From positions 19,654,001 to 19,718,000 of the forward strand of contig CM060732.1 in assembly GCA_030704615.1 (NCBI GenBank): a stretch of 64,000 nt of DNA. Direction: 5' to 3'. A program made the translations under genes and the position numbers. Position 1 is the first letter of the stretch, and each line of letters starts with the position of its first letter. Shown here piece by piece: positions 1 through 14,225 of the stretch. This DNA comes from Takakia lepidozioides. Taxonomy: Eukaryota; Plantae; Bryophyta. The notes below the pieces were generated by a model. The model had not been told where the DNA came from. It saw nothing but the letters and a program-made list of their open reading frames with translations, and did not search any database.

Positions 1-679
1 AATTACTCTATGTAGTTGAAACCAAAGTATAATAAGAACAAAAGAAAACACTCAAGTGAAGAGAGAGAGATATTGTACCACTATAGTACAATTTCAGGAA
101 GGGTAGGCACTCACCAACCTGCTAGCCAAAGACTACACTCTGCGAATTAATGTGACTAACCAATACACTCTGAAATTTAACATACAACCAACATACAGTA
201 AAATGAAAACTTGGAGCTAAATTTGAGTTTGGAGTCTTGACAACGTCGATGAAGCAGGTTTTCTTGACAACGATGATGAAGCAGGTGGGCCCTGACGATG
301 TCGTTGAAGATATTGTCTACTTATGGCGAGCCTAAAATGACACAACTAAAATGACACATAATGTTGAGTTGAACACTTACAAGGAAGAGAAGGCGAGCGA
401 ACAAGTGATGCGCAGTGTCAATGCAGTGTCAAAGCAGAGTAATTCAGTATCCCAGGTAAGCTTTGCCCTGAGCACGTCGATGAAGCACCCGAAGCACCAA
501 AGTCGCAAGCCAACAACATTTCGATGCTACTAAGAAGAGTGGCTATTCCGAGGGGGAAATGGCTATTCCCAGGGGGAAATGGCTAAATGGAGGGAGATTT
601 GCTATTCCCCCAATTTCTCGCGCAAGGGCAGAGAGACAAAAGTGAATATGTGTATCACATGCGGTTCGCGCGGCGCGAA

Positions 680-998
680 GAATCCTTGGGGGACTGTTTA
701 TATGCGATACCTAACGGTTCAAAGAGTCCCCCAAGGACTCTTTCTGCCCGACTCCCCGTTACCTAACGGTTCAAAGAGTCCTTGGGGGACTCTTTTTCCC
801 ATTACCTAACGGTTGGAAGAGTCATTGGGGGACTATTTTTCCCCGTTACCTAATGATTCGACGAGTCCTTGGGGGACTCTTTTTCCCCGTTACCTAACGG
901 TTCGAAGAGTCCTCCTCGACTTAGAGCCTTTCCAAGCGAAGAAATGGTCCTTGGGGGACTCTTCGAAACGTTAGGTATCGGGGAGAAAGAGTCCCCGA
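680..998. repeat. Array of ~43-bp units with palindromic core AAGAGTCC-N5-GGACTCTT
   Basis: Repeated ttacctaacggttc(a/g)aagagtcc(ttggg/cccaa)ggactcttt units, about 6 copies; the last is inverted (cgttaggtatc ~969). Confidence 0.85.
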
Positions 999-1399
999 TA
1001 AAAGGTAAAGGATAATTATTTGGCTGGGCTCACAGGCTCATGTCGTGCTGCATCTTGTCACAAAGACCGCGTCTTTCGCAATTTGGGAGACATTTCGAGC
1101 TTTGGGAGATCCTCTGGATGATAAATGTGAGGTTGGATGAAAAAGGTAAAGGGCAATTATTTAGCTAGGCTCACACGTTCACGTCTGGACGCTCATGATC
1201 TAGCAATCCCCCGTCCTGAAGAGTATATGAGAAAGAAGGCGGACATCCGTATGCCTCAGGATATGAAAAACAAAAACTCATTTCCATAAATAGAATGCAG
1301 GCACAAACAAACATTCACAATATATTGAGGCAGGGGAGACCTCCCGTCCTTAAGAGTGACTTCTATGAGAAAGAAGACGGACAGCCATATGCCTCGGGA

Positions 1400-4300
1400 C
1401 GAACGAAAATCATTTGGATGGGCAACCATCCGTTGGCCCATTGAACAATTTTTGTTTTATCTCATATTACTCCGGGACCTTTTACATGGTACATTCAACA
1501 TACTGGCCAAGTCTCAAAGCGAACCTAAATCATTTCGATGGGCAACCATTCGTTGAGCCATTGAATGGATTTCGTTTCATCTCATATTAGTGCGGAACTT
1601 GTGAGAGGGTGTACCGATCATACTGGAAAAGTTTGAAAGCAAATAAAAATGATTTGGATGGGCAACCATCCATTAACCCATTCAATGAATTCTGGTTCAT
1701 CTGCTATTACTGTGGGACCTGTTGAACTGCGTCTCGCATGCACATGATTTTTTTTCCATTCTATTTTGGAATTGTATGTGTAACGACAACATATGTTACG
1801 TGCGTGCCAAATTTGGGAGTGAACAAAATTCATTTGGACACAAAACCACAGTTTCTTTCCTGTTTTGTACTCCAAACTTGATTTGTGTTCTATTACATGC
1901 AGTCTTCATAGAGAGTTCTGCAATAGTGAGCGAAGAGAACATTTCTTTTTTATTTGGTTTCATTTTTTTTTTGTCCAAAGTTTGCAGGGATGTAGCGGTG
2001 GGAGGCTGGAAGCCGCACAACAAAATTGAGCCAAAAATAAAATCGATACGTAGCAGAAACCCCCAATCAAAGGAAGTGGAAACCTAATTATTTGCTTCAA
2101 ATTCATTTAAATTCAATTAAATTCTTGAATCGGTTGAGGGGTGAGCGCGTCCCTGGGGAGGCAAATGTTTTTTTCATTCAGTTGTATCTCCCCACATGTG
2201 TTGCACACATGTTTAAGCATATGCGAGCAAAAGATAGGCCTCAACCTCATATGTTCAATGGGTGCAATAGCCTTTAACCAATGAGAGCATTTCTTTTTTC
2301 CCAATGAACAAAATTAACGCCTCATTGGCCCATTGAACGAATTTTGTTGGATCTTATATTACTCTGGGACCTATCAGATGGTACATTGAACATATTGGCC
2401 AAGTCTCGAAGCGAACGAAAATAATTTCGATGGGCAACCATTTATTGACCCATTGAACGATTTTCGTTTCATCTCATATTACTCTAGGATCTCTTACATA
2501 GTACATTCAACATACTGGCCAAGTCTCAAAGCGAACCAAAATCATTTCGATGGGCAACCAATCGTTGAGCCATCGAATGAATTTCACTTTATCTCATATT
2601 AATGCGGGAGCTGTGAGAGGGTGTACCAAACGTACTGGCAAAGTTTGAAAGCAAACAAAAATGATTTGGATAGGCAACCATCCGTTGACCCATTCAATGA
2701 ATTATGGTTCATCTGCTATTACTATGGGACCTGTTGAACTACGTCTCGCGTGCACATGATTTTTTTTCCAATCTATTTTTGAACCATATGTGTAACAACG
2801 ACATATATTACGTGCATGCCAAATTTGGGAGTGAACAAAATTCATTTGGACCCAGAACCAGAGTTTTTTCCTTGTTTTGCACTCCAAACTTGATTTGCGT
2901 TATATTATATGTCGTTTTCATAGAAAGTTTTGCAATAGTGAGCGAAGAGAACATTTTATTATTATTTTGTGTTCATTTTTGTTTGGTCCAAAGTTTTGCA
3001 GGGATGTAGCGGTGGGAGGCTGGAAGCCGCACAACAAAATTGAGCCAAAAATAAAATCGATACGTAGCAGAAACCCCCAATCAAAAGCAGTGGAAACCTA
3101 ATTATTTGCTTCAAATTCATTTAAATTCAATTACATTCTTGAATCGGTTGAGGGGTGAGCGCGTCCCTGGGGAGGCAAATGATTTTTTCCTTTTGTTGTA
3201 TCTCCTCACATGTGTTGCACACATGTTCAAGCACATGCGAGCAAAAGATGGGCCTCAACCTCATCTGTTTAATGGGTGTAATAGCCTTTCACCAATGAGA
3301 GCATTTTTTTTTCCCAATGAACAAAATTGGATGACAAAAGAACGCCTCATTGGCCCATTGAACGAATTTCGTTGGATCTCATATTACTCTGGGACCTATC
3401 AGATGGTACATTGAGCATATTGGCCAAGTCTCGAAGCGAACGAAAATAATTTCGATGGGCAACCATCTGTTGGCCCATTGAACGATTTTTGTTTCATCTC
3501 ATATTACTCTAGGACCTTTTACATGATACATTCAACATACTGGCCAAGTCTCAAAGCGAACCAAAATCATTTCGATGGGCAACCAATCGTTGAGTCATCG
3601 AATGAATTTCGTTTCATCTCATATTAATGCGGGACCTGTGAGAGGGTGTACTGAACGTACTGGCAAAGTTTGAAAGCAAATAAAAATGATTTGGATAGGC
3701 AACCATCCATTGACCCATTCAATGAATTATGGTTCATCTGCTATTACTATGGGACCTGTTGAACTGCGTCTCGCGTGCACACGATTTTTTTTCCTTTCCG
3801 TTTTTGAACCGTATGTGTAACGACGACATATGTTTCGTGCGTGCCAAATTTGGGAGTGAACAAAATTCATTTGAACCCAAAACCACAATTTTTTTTTCCC
3901 TATTTTGCACTTCAAACTTGATTTGCGTTTTATTACATGCAGTCTTCATAGAGAGTTTTGCAATAGTGAGCGAAAAGAACATTTCTTTTTTATTTTGTTT
4001 TCATTTTTGTTTGTCCAAAGTTTTGCAGGGATATAACGGTAGGAGGCTGAAGCCGCAAAACAAAATTGAGCCAAAAATAAAATCGATACGTAGCAAAAAC
4101 CCCCAATCAAAGGAAGTGGAAGCCTAATTATTTGCTTCAAATTCATTTAAATTCAATTAAATTCTTGAATCGGTTGAGGGGTGAGCGCGTCCCTGGGGAG
4201 GCAAATGATTTTTTTCTTCTGTTGTATCTCCTCATATGTGTTGCACACATGTTCAAGCACATGCGGGCAAAAGATGGGCCTCAACTTCATCTGTTCAATG

Positions 4301-4645
4301 GGTGCAATAGCCTTTCACCCATGAGAGCATTTCTTTTCCCCAATGAACAAAATTGGATGACAGGTGAACGCCTCATTGGCCCATTTCACGATTTTCGATT
4401 CGTCTCATATTACTCCGGGACCTCCATGGTACATTCAACATACTGGCCAAGTCTCAAAGCGAACCAAAATCATTTCGATGGACAACCAATCGTTGAGCCA
4501 TCGAATGAATTTCGTTTCATCTCATATTAGTGCGGGAGTTGATACATGATATGTTGAACATAGTGGCAAAGATTGAAAGCAAACGAAAATCATTTGGATG
4601 GTTAACCTTTCGATCACCCATTGAATGGATTTCGTTTCGTCTCAT
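1400..4645. repeat. Higher-order tandem repeat: ~3 copies of a ~1.02-kb unit built from ~120-bp subunits plus a ~600-bp segment
   Basis: gttcatctgctattact recurs at ~1695, ~2707 and ~3732. The subunit ccaagtctc(a/g)aagcgaac...gatgggcaacca recurs about 10 times. The repeated short ORFs in the track are by-products. Confidence 0.9.
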
Positions 4646-5976
4646 ACGGACATTTATCAAAGTACAATCAAATTCAAATTGCAGGTGTTTCGCCATTACC
4701 TCCGTATGTACGTGGCTACAGCGTATTGCCAGGCCTCAGGTACTATACTTAACCAAAACTCTGCCCACTTTACCTAGGGCAATACTTAAAATCGTATTCT
4801 TCAAATTTTTATGTGCTTTGGGCCTTTGGCTGTCCCAAAAAGAAGTTCCCCTTTATTGGCTGGTTTAATAAAGGAAAATAATGATTTTTATTATACGAGT
4901 ATGGCTTCCATGTTCCTACAAAAGCGTTATCTTTGGGAGAGGTTTTGAGGTCAATCCCATGTCACCCATACCTACCTGCTTTCAACACTATCTTGGTATA
5001 AGATGGGGATTTTACGTATATCTATATAAAAACTCGACAATTATTAAAAATCATTTGGCCACAAAGGAACTAATATACATATATATATAGATGACACACA
5101 TTGTTTTATTTCAACTAATTACATAATGTTTTTCATCATTATATTATTTTAGTATTTTTTTCCAATTATATATGTTTCCTTTTCAGAGTATGCCTCGGTA
5201 ATATGTTAAATCGCTGAGTTACTTAAAATCATATATACATTCTATTCAAGAGATAGTGTTAAAACTTATTTCACTGTATGTACATTCATAACATATGCCA
5301 TACTATGACATATTTGGCATTGTTATGCTAGGGCATAGCATGTGATGGTACATAGATACATCCATATTTAGGTATGGCATTGGCATTGCCCATGTGCATG
5401 GAATAAGCACGACTCACATCGCGCATAGTGGCATGCCAGTTATGAACATAGTCAAAATGAAGTAATGAAATAATTCAGGTGCAAATGGGCCACTGGCCTC
5501 AGCAAACGTCCCATTTGATCTATGTTTCAGGAATATTTCTTCATATTCTTGACATGTGGTGCAGATTGGCTGTTCCTGGCATAGGTGCAAGTGGGACACT
5601 ATAGCAGCAGCATGTGGCTTCCTTGAGTTTTGCAAGTGTGGCGGCCAAAATCTGCCAAACTTCGACAAGATCTCGGCAGTGAGTTAGCTGGCCTTTACCA
5701 CCGCCGCCTGTTTCGCTGGAAAACATATGTTACGGTTTGGAGGAGGGAGGCTCATCTCTCTGTGGAGAACGAATAGATAGCTGTGGAAGATTTTGCTCTG
5801 TTGTTTGGGGAGGACAGGGAGCTCGTACATGTTGTACTCGTTCGTGGGCAGAGTCTCTGGGGAGGTTTGTGATGGGCTAAAGCTTGCAGCTGCTGCATAG
5901 TACTGCTTGACGTCTTTTATAAGTCATATGTAACTCGATATTGTAGCACACATCAAGAGGCAGGAGGCTGGAAAAG

Positions 5977-8900
5977 ATGGATGGGAGAGAGGGGAAGTCG
6001 TGGAACAACAGATGGCTTGTGCTGGTAGCGTCCATGTGGTTGGCAGCGTGTGCAGGCATAGGCTATGTGTTCGGCAGTCTGTCCCCAGTGATCAAAAGCG
6101 CGATGGGCTACAACCAGAAGCAGATTAACCGGTTGGGGGTGGCCAAGGACATTGGCGACAGTGTTGGGTTGCTCTCGGGCATGCTGTGTGATGTGCTCCC
6201 TACGTGGTCGCTCCTAATACTCGGCTCCCTGCAAGGGCTCTTTGGTTATGGCTGGATTTGGCTCATAGTCACGCGTCGTGTTGCCCCTTTGCCGTTCTGG
6301 CTGGTATTTCCCTTAGTCGCCTCGCCCAACATATATACTCAATTTCCTACCTCATGCCATTCCCGTGTCTATGTTCTCTCTTTACCTGAAGTTTGCATAT
6401 CCTAAAGTTGCACAGTATATTGTAAACCTGCCTCACCTCGCGCAACTGAATGCTGCGATGTAGAGGGTGGGGAACTAAGAACAGCTCTGCTGTGATTGGA
6501 ATTTGTGATAATATGGGCTTCATCGTCTGTGATGCTCCTGCTATGTGTTAGCTCGTTAAGGGCTCACACTTGAAAATTGTGAGAATTTGAGCTTCATCGT
6601 CGGTGTCCTGCTATGTAGCTCGTTCAAGGTCTCACAGTCCAAGTCATCGGAGGCTAATTTGGGGGTTGTCAGGTTTGGAGTTGCTGCAGTAATTGAGTAG
6701 GGGTTCAGAATACAAGACAGTGCTTAGTGTCCCTCCATGCCTCACTATGGGAGAGAAAATTGGGGTCAGCACCGTTTGACTAGCAGTTTAATTTTCGAAG
6801 GAATTCTGTCCAACGAGGTTGCATCAAATGACATCCGGCAGTTGAACGTTGACATGTTGGGAATCAGCACAGGCGTTAGAACAGGGTGGGAATTGGGTGG
6901 GGTTCAGGGATCCGTGGTCCTAGTAGTATTGGTTGTACAAACAAATGGTCTGTGGCTGGTTTGCCTTTACCACACCTCTGTACTCTATTTCCTTTTGATT
7001 TGATGTTTGAAACGTTTCAGGTGCTACTTGCTGGTTGTCAGCTGCCTATTTCCAATTCTGCTGCTACCTTTCTTTCTGGTAGTTTGTATGATAAAAGGTC
7101 TTCATTTGCTGCCTCAGGATTGGCTATTGGGTGATAGAAACACCTTTTAATTCATCCCCAACTACGCAGGCACTCATCTGATGGCGCATAAGTTTTGTTA
7201 TGTAGCATACGGCCTCTCCTGGCCAAAATAATGTCAGGGATGGAGCCTGGCTTGTGACTGCAGTTGGATTGCTTCATCCTTTTATTTTGTTGGCCAACCT
7301 AACATTGTGAAGTTGACTTGGAGGTGTTCACTTGCTGTCTTTTGGACGGTACCGTTTGTGTAACAATTGTACTCCCTCAATTACTCTCAGCTTCAGAATA
7401 GATGTAAAATGTCACTTGTATAGGGGATCAAATTGATTGAAAGCTTTGCTGATGAGTAAATGTATGTATCTTATGGAACTTTCTGTGTCTACCCTTTTCT
7501 GACTGTTTGAACAGCAAATGGTGCTCTAATGCACAATGACCTATCGTTTTATCAAGTTAGACTTTTTGAGACCACCTATATCAGTAGGGCCAGAAGTTCT
7601 GCAAGTGTCATTACTGGAGCCATTTTCCAAGGCATAATCATGGATTGACATGGCCACCTAACATTGAAGTCTTTTGTCTGTTGAATTTAACCGTGGTGGG
7701 GAGTCTTGCATATTTGTAGTCAAGCCACTCTCCAGGATTATAACAAAAGGGTTTGACTGCTGGATGGGCAGATATGCGTGCTCATATGTATTGGAACAAA
7801 TGGAGAAACCTACTTCAACACAGCAGCTTTGGTATCCTGTGTTCGCAACTTTCCTCATAACAGGGGCCCGACAGTGGGAATCTTGAAAGGCTTTGGTGGA
7901 CTGAGTGGCGCTATATTTACACAAATTTACACTACTGTGTTTGCACCAGATCAAGCTGGTTTTATCTTCATGGTTGCAGTAGGTCCGGCTATGGTTAGTT
8001 TATTTGTCATGTTCATTATTCGACCTGTGCCTACTCAACAAGAGGATGAGGCCCTGCAGTCACAAAATTTCAATTTTCTTTACGGTGTCTCGTTAGCACT
8101 TGCAGCATATATAATGGGTGTAATGCTAGTACAAGAGTTCATGCCCGTCAATGATATTGCAAGCATTATATTTACCTGTGGATTGCTTTTCCTTCTTGCC
8201 TTACCTCTGGTCTTACCTCTAAGAGCATCTTTTTGTGAGAAATCTTCTGAAACTGGGCAAGATATCTCATTTCAAAGAACCATTGACTCCTTGAGAGCCC
8301 CCCTACTTGAGGAAGGAAATTCATCTGTCAATCCTGGCCAATCAGGCCATGGCTTCACTGTTAGCAGTAGTAGTCAAGATACAGCTCGGAAAGGTAGTTT
8401 CCGTAAAGAGGGCAGTTTCCCCGAGGATCCTTTTGCATTCAGTGAATTGGAAGATGAGAAGGAGCGATGGCCAGAGCCTGTTAGGCGCCAGCGGTTGGAG
8501 CGTGCCAGTTCACGATTGTTCCGAGCAGTAGCTGAGGGTGCTGTGAAGATAAAGCGAAGAAAGGGTCCTCGGAGAGGTGAGGATTTCACGTTGGGGCAGG
8601 CACTTATCAAAGCTGACTTCTGGTTGCTGTTTTTCGGCCTTTATTGTGGAGCGGGATCAGGATTGACTGTTATTGATAATCTGGGCCAGATCAGCCAGTC
8701 ACAGGGATATGCAGATCCTCACATTTTTGTATCATTGATAAGTATATGGAACTTCCTCGGCCGCCTAGGGGGTGGCTATGTTTCGGAAGTTATTGCCAGG
8801 TGAGTTCACATTTTTTTTGTCTAAAATTACCTGTACATTGCTTGGCCCTGCCAGTGTCTGAAGTTTATGCGTAGAGACCAGCTGACTCGTGGGGAGGGAC

Positions 8901-10154
8901 AGATCTTCTGCTTCTATAGATCAAAAGGAGCTCGAGTAGTTTCTGCTTGACAAGGGGGAATAAATATTCACGAGAAATGATTTGAGAAATCCGAAATAAC
9001 TTATATACGGGACAAGGGCGGCAGAAGGGATGTGGCCTTAGTCGGCAGATGCCGCTTGGTTGCCAGAAATAAATTTGAGTTCAAGTTGGGAGGCTGGGTT
9101 ATAGCCCAACTACCTGTCCTCTGGAGAGTGTACTGCACAGCAGCTTCCCCACACCTTTATATTTCTAGGAGCTCAACTGCACGAGTTGCTGCTCGTACTT
9201 ATGAATTGTCACATGATCAAAGACACTTGGTGGATACCAGGTCAAAATTGTAGCCAACTGCTGAAGTTAGAATTGTTGGCTGGTGTTGTACCAGCATGAA
9301 AAATTGTCCGGTATTTTGTGGGATCAGGTCTTGTCACGTGGTCATTTCAGTGGGACCTGGACCGCTCTAGGAAATGTCAAGACTGTCAGTTTGGGAAGAC
9401 CTTCTGTGAATGGAACGCAAACGCAGTTCTTTTGGTTGGTTTCTGGCAGCAGATGCATCATTTTTGCATGGGCAAGAAGATGGTAGGGTGGGGCAATTGT
9501 GGAAAAGATGACAAGTGCTGTGGTTGCCAGTGGGACAGACTTTAATGGGCTTCCACTGACTAAACACGCTGTTGAATGGTTGGCAGGGAGCATGCGTTGC
9601 CAAGGCCTATCATGATGGCTGCAGCTCAAGCAGTGATGGCGGTTGGGCACGCCTTGCTTGGCTTGGACGTGCTGGGGTCGCTACATGTGGGGTCGTTGCT
9701 GGTTGGTTTGGGATATGGAGCTCACTGGTCCATTGTTCCAGCAACTGCCTCTGAGCTCTTCGGCCTGAGGAACTTCGGCATCCTGTACAATTTCCTGACT
9801 ATTGCAAATCCTGCTGGTTCACTTGTGTTTTCTGGTCTGATTGCTGGAACTCTTTACGATCGCGAAGCAGCGAAACAGAGAGAGCTGAGAGTCTTGGAAT
9901 ACTCTCATACAACAAAAAGCCTTTTTGCTAGCAATGAGGATGACTTGCTTTGTGAGGGAGCTGCCTGCTTTCGGCTGACCTTATTCATCATGAGCGGGGT
10001 GTGTGTTCTTGGTATTTTACTGAACTTGGTGCTTATCTCACGTACACGGCGAGTATATACCATGCTTTATGGCAAGCAACAAGAAGAGGATGCAAGGGGC
10101 GATGCCCGAAGTTCGTATTCGACAAAAAAGGGAAAAGGTTCAAGTAGTGCGTGA
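5977..10154 (+). CDS. Nodulin-like / NUCLEAR FUSION DEFECTIVE 4-like MFS membrane protein, 3 exons (5977-6303, 7772-8799, 9587-10154), ~640 aa
   Basis: Family motifs RWLVLVASMW, GYNQKQINRLGVAKDIGDSVG, GTNGETYFNTAALVSCVRNFP, GEDFTLGQALIKADFWLLF, SELFGLRNFG. GT-AG junctions keep frame (327+1028+568=1923 nt). Confidence 0.93.
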
Positions 10155-11614
10155 ATAAGGTAAGTTCTTTAATTTTTTTGATTGGCAGATATGTACCATC
10201 ACTAATTTTGCAAACAGCAACATCAATGCTGTTGTGGTGATATTATCACAGCTCTTTTGTAACGGTGTAGATCTTTGAATGTTTAGAAGAAATTTGAGAC
10301 TTTCTCTAATTTATTTTCTGATTCAGGTGCACAATAATGTGACTTGATTGGAGCAAAATAAGGATCACCATGTTTAGATTATTCTTATGATATGAAATAA
10401 TTGCTCCAAGTGTGAATTTCTTCTCATAATGAAGGTTTTGTACGAACCACCTTGCACTTACAAGTGTTAGACTAGAAATCATCCACATTCATTCTGTGTG
10501 CTTTCTTCATTTGGGGTTGTTCTGGGATGGGCAGCCATGGGAACTCCTGCACTTGTTTGCTAGTCAGTGGCCCCCCTCCCTCCACATGCAATGGATATGG
10601 TTCTCTTCACAGGTTTTCCCAACTTCGGTCTCATCATGATTATTCAACCGTAATCCTGATCCTTTTGAGCCGCCACAGAGAATGCATAAGAAGTATGTAT
10701 CTGCTGAAGTGAAATTATTGATCACTGATTTGGGCGGTGCTCAAATCCTTTGATTCATTCATAACCTGACCATGAGAATGTCCGATCATCGCAGCAGTTG
10801 GGGTCAAGAATCAAGACAATGCCTCTTTGCAAGGATCTATCTTGCCAGCCTTACAACCCCAGTGCAAACAATGGCTTATTCATATTATACTAGACACTAT
10901 ATTTTCTTCTCATTAAAGGTCAAGCTGCCTGACCTATCGCGACTTCTGTGCACAATGAGTCAAGGTTGTATATGTGGCATTGTGACCTAGCATTTTGAAT
11001 ATGGATTGTCCCAAGTTAGTGCCTCTTTTCAATGGCGCACATTATAAAAGGCCCGGGAGTTTAAAACGACCCCCCCCCCACCCCAGCCGCACCCCTTTCG
11101 CCAAAAGGCACCTGTGTGGCTCGCGGTCACTGTGCCCTCACGCCCCCCATCCCCCGCCCGCCCTCCCCACCCCCGCCCGCCGGCCGTCACCACACCACAT
11201 GAACTCTTTGGCACATGACACCTGTCACCACAACCCAACATCGCGCACGGGACACATCGTGAGTCGAAAACATGGATCCATACATGGTAGATGACACATA
11301 CATGATGGTCACGAAAGTAACATGATGACCATCACGAAAGTCACATGATGACCATAGGCATGAACCCTCACATATGCATGTATACACAAGGTTGTACATG
11401 TTCAAATTTCAAAATTCAAATTTGAAATTTAGTATTATTTTATGGATTGGGTCTACTTCTAGGATTTAGGAGATGAGACCAGGAAGTATGTGTAATGAGA
11501 GGCAACCTCCAATCGTCACGTTCCTTTCATGGTCCTCTCAAACTGTTCTGACCACGAAAGCATGACGTGCAGCCAGTACCAGCCGTGCCTCAGGTCCCTG
11601 AATTGCGCCATGAT

Positions 11615-12721
11615 ATGTCTGTTGCCGAGAATGAAGAAAACATTGCATCCCATCTTGCTTTGCTGCTTCGAAACCAAGTTCAAATGCCCAGTGTAGATGC
11701 TTTTAACCATCCTGTACTGCAGTGGCGTTTCCAATGGCATGGCAAGCCTCCTGGCCAAAACTCTGCCGAACTCGCCTACATTCCCTGGAATCGAGTTGCT
11801 GATTTCATTATAGGGGAGTCTTCCCGTTCAGATGGCCCATGCACTTTTAGCAGGCATCGGCAAAGATGCCATCCGGAGGGGTCTCTCCTAGCTCCTCGCA
11901 GCAACAGTGCCATGACTACAACAAGGTACATTGGGCTGCAGGTCATGTGTTGCAAGGGCTACTAAATGATTTCCATGAATGCCCGAGTGCCTGAATCCCC
12001 TTGGTGTCATAGTAACGGATTGTTTTTTTGTTATTGTAGGTATCACTGCTCATATGGTCCACAAGACAGAACTAGTTCCCTCTTGGAGGTTACCCCTGCA
12101 ATGGCACACAAGAAACACCGAGTGAAGCCTGCAAAGAAGAAGGGGAGGAAGCCAAGAGTCACAGCCGCTTCCACTGAAGCAAAGCCAAAACAAATGAGGA
12201 CCACTCAAACAAAATCGGGGGAAGGCATCAAGAGGGGATGCATGTGCAGGTTTGTAGTGAAGCAATGCTATGTGGACCCTGATATTGCAGAGCTGGTCTA
12301 TTATGAAAAGAGACATGTGAATGGGGCTGGACAGGTTTGCCATGGACCTGCGCATCAAGTAGGTCGTGTTTCATTAGCTCCCCACCTGAGCGATGAGATG
12401 AAATCATGGGTGTTACACAACCTCCGTCTCGGACTAAGCATCAACAAGATAATGGCCAAGCACACGCAGAGGGTGAGGGAAATCATGGATGGGGGGTTCG
12501 AGGTTACTCGTGACACCTTCCTTCTTTCAAATGAAATCCGAAATATTGCCAACAAGTGCGATGAATAAACATTCAAAAAGCACTCCAATGATGCACAAAG
12601 TGTCCGAATGTGGGTGCATGAAAACCCAAGAAGTGTTTTCTACTACCAGGAAGAGTCTAATCACCCTGCTTGGACATTGAATGACAGAAAACTCGACCTT
12701 CCATTTGTGCTTGGCATACAA
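11615..12721 (+). pseudogene. N-terminal fragment of a SWIM/MULE-type transposase-like protein (Arabidopsis At4g13970/At1g60560-like), truncated before the catalytic region
   Basis: LAYIPWNRVADFIIGES, YHCSYGPQD, KRGCMCRFVVK, HVNGAGQVCHGP, APHLSDE, SVRMWV...PFVLGIQ match my recollection of that family. Intron 11926-12039; in-frame TAA at 12566; similarity stops abruptly after GIQ. Confidence 0.75.
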
Positions 12722-14225
12722 ATGTCGTTGAACCCATTTTAGGAGCCCATGCAAAACTCCACAAAAGCGACGTCCACGACATCGCAACTTACGGTTCTTT
12801 GAAAAGTTAGTATGATCATTTTGTTCGCTTCAAATGTGCGACAAGATAAACAAAACTTAATATCCAATACCATGACGTCACATAAGAAAACAACAACGAA
12901 TTAATATTTATCTCATAAATAAATAAATAAATAAAAATATGATATCATCATTTCATCTATGTTTCCTAATGGATGTTAAGAAATACAATTAATTGTTTTT
13001 CAATTATTCAACTATTCAACACCATTTCAAAGTTTGCATTCTTCTATAAAGTGGTTGTTTTACTAGATGTTATAGTGCATTCTTCATTTTGTGATTTAAA
13101 GAAAGATTGATCATCCCATGATCTAATACTGCAAAGATAACTTGATGACCTACCTACGATGGCCGAGGATTACGCTTACCCAACCAGTTTAAGGCAAGCG
13201 TGTGGCGCGCGCCCGCTGGCCGGCATACTGTTCGGTCAAATCTCCTCCTGCATTGGAAAGGTGGGGAGCATTCCACCCTCCCGCTCCCCACCTTCAGGAC
13301 CATATTTTAATAATGCTTCCCTCTTTGCTCCCTTGTAATTCCCGGTCCCCGATCCCTGCTCCCCATAGTAGGACCGGGGAGCGAGGAGGGGATCACCGGG
13401 GATTGGGTACGTGGGAGCAGGCCCCATTCCATAGAGTGAGGACCAGGAACAAGGGAGTAGGGATAAGGGAGCGAGGAGTGCCGGGAACAGGGGAGCGTTG
13501 CAGGGATTTTGGACTTGGAATTATTTTGGAGATGAAAAAATATACTAAACCACTATAACATCCAATGTGCCACACTTGTCAAGAATTGAGCACAGATCTC
13601 ATCAGTTTTGCACATTGCACCCAAACACTAGGCTACTAGCCACTTTCTACCAAATTTTGAGTCTTAATCTACTAAGGGTACGCGTTGCTCCGCACTAGTG
13701 ACAACTTATGAGAACAATGATTTTTTTATATTGGAAATATATTGTATGCCAAAAAAACATTAGGAACAATGTGAAAATGTAAGGCATGCATATGATCTAA
13801 TGGTACTTTCGTCGGATTTAGGCGGCGTAGGCTCCTCTGCTATCAAATCTTTCCACCTTGTATTACCCCGGACTCACTTTTAAATACTTTAGAATGCAAG
13901 AGATTGTCAAACAGTGATGAGTAGCCTATTAGGAAGGTGATAGTAATGGAGGCGACGAGGTCGGGAGTTTGATTCTTGATGGGTGGTGAGTCATCCTTGG
14001 CTTCTATCCGGAAGTGCCTGGGTTCTTCATGGTTATGAGACTCTGAGTTTTCAAATCAGCATCTTAAATTTGGACATGTTTGCATGTTTCTTGCAGTGCT
14101 GCTTCAGATAGAGCCCTTGACTAACTTGCATGGATGTTGTCAAAAGCTAGACTTAAAACCACCATGACTCAATCCCATGGCGGCACTAGGAAGTTCACAT
14201 CTGCTGGACACTGAGGACCGTTTCG

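Noticed and set aside
1618-4530. Triplicated short ORFs (MLQIHLNS..., MVHLLLLW...)
   Set aside because: By-products of the tandem repeat; frames and stops are not conserved between copies.
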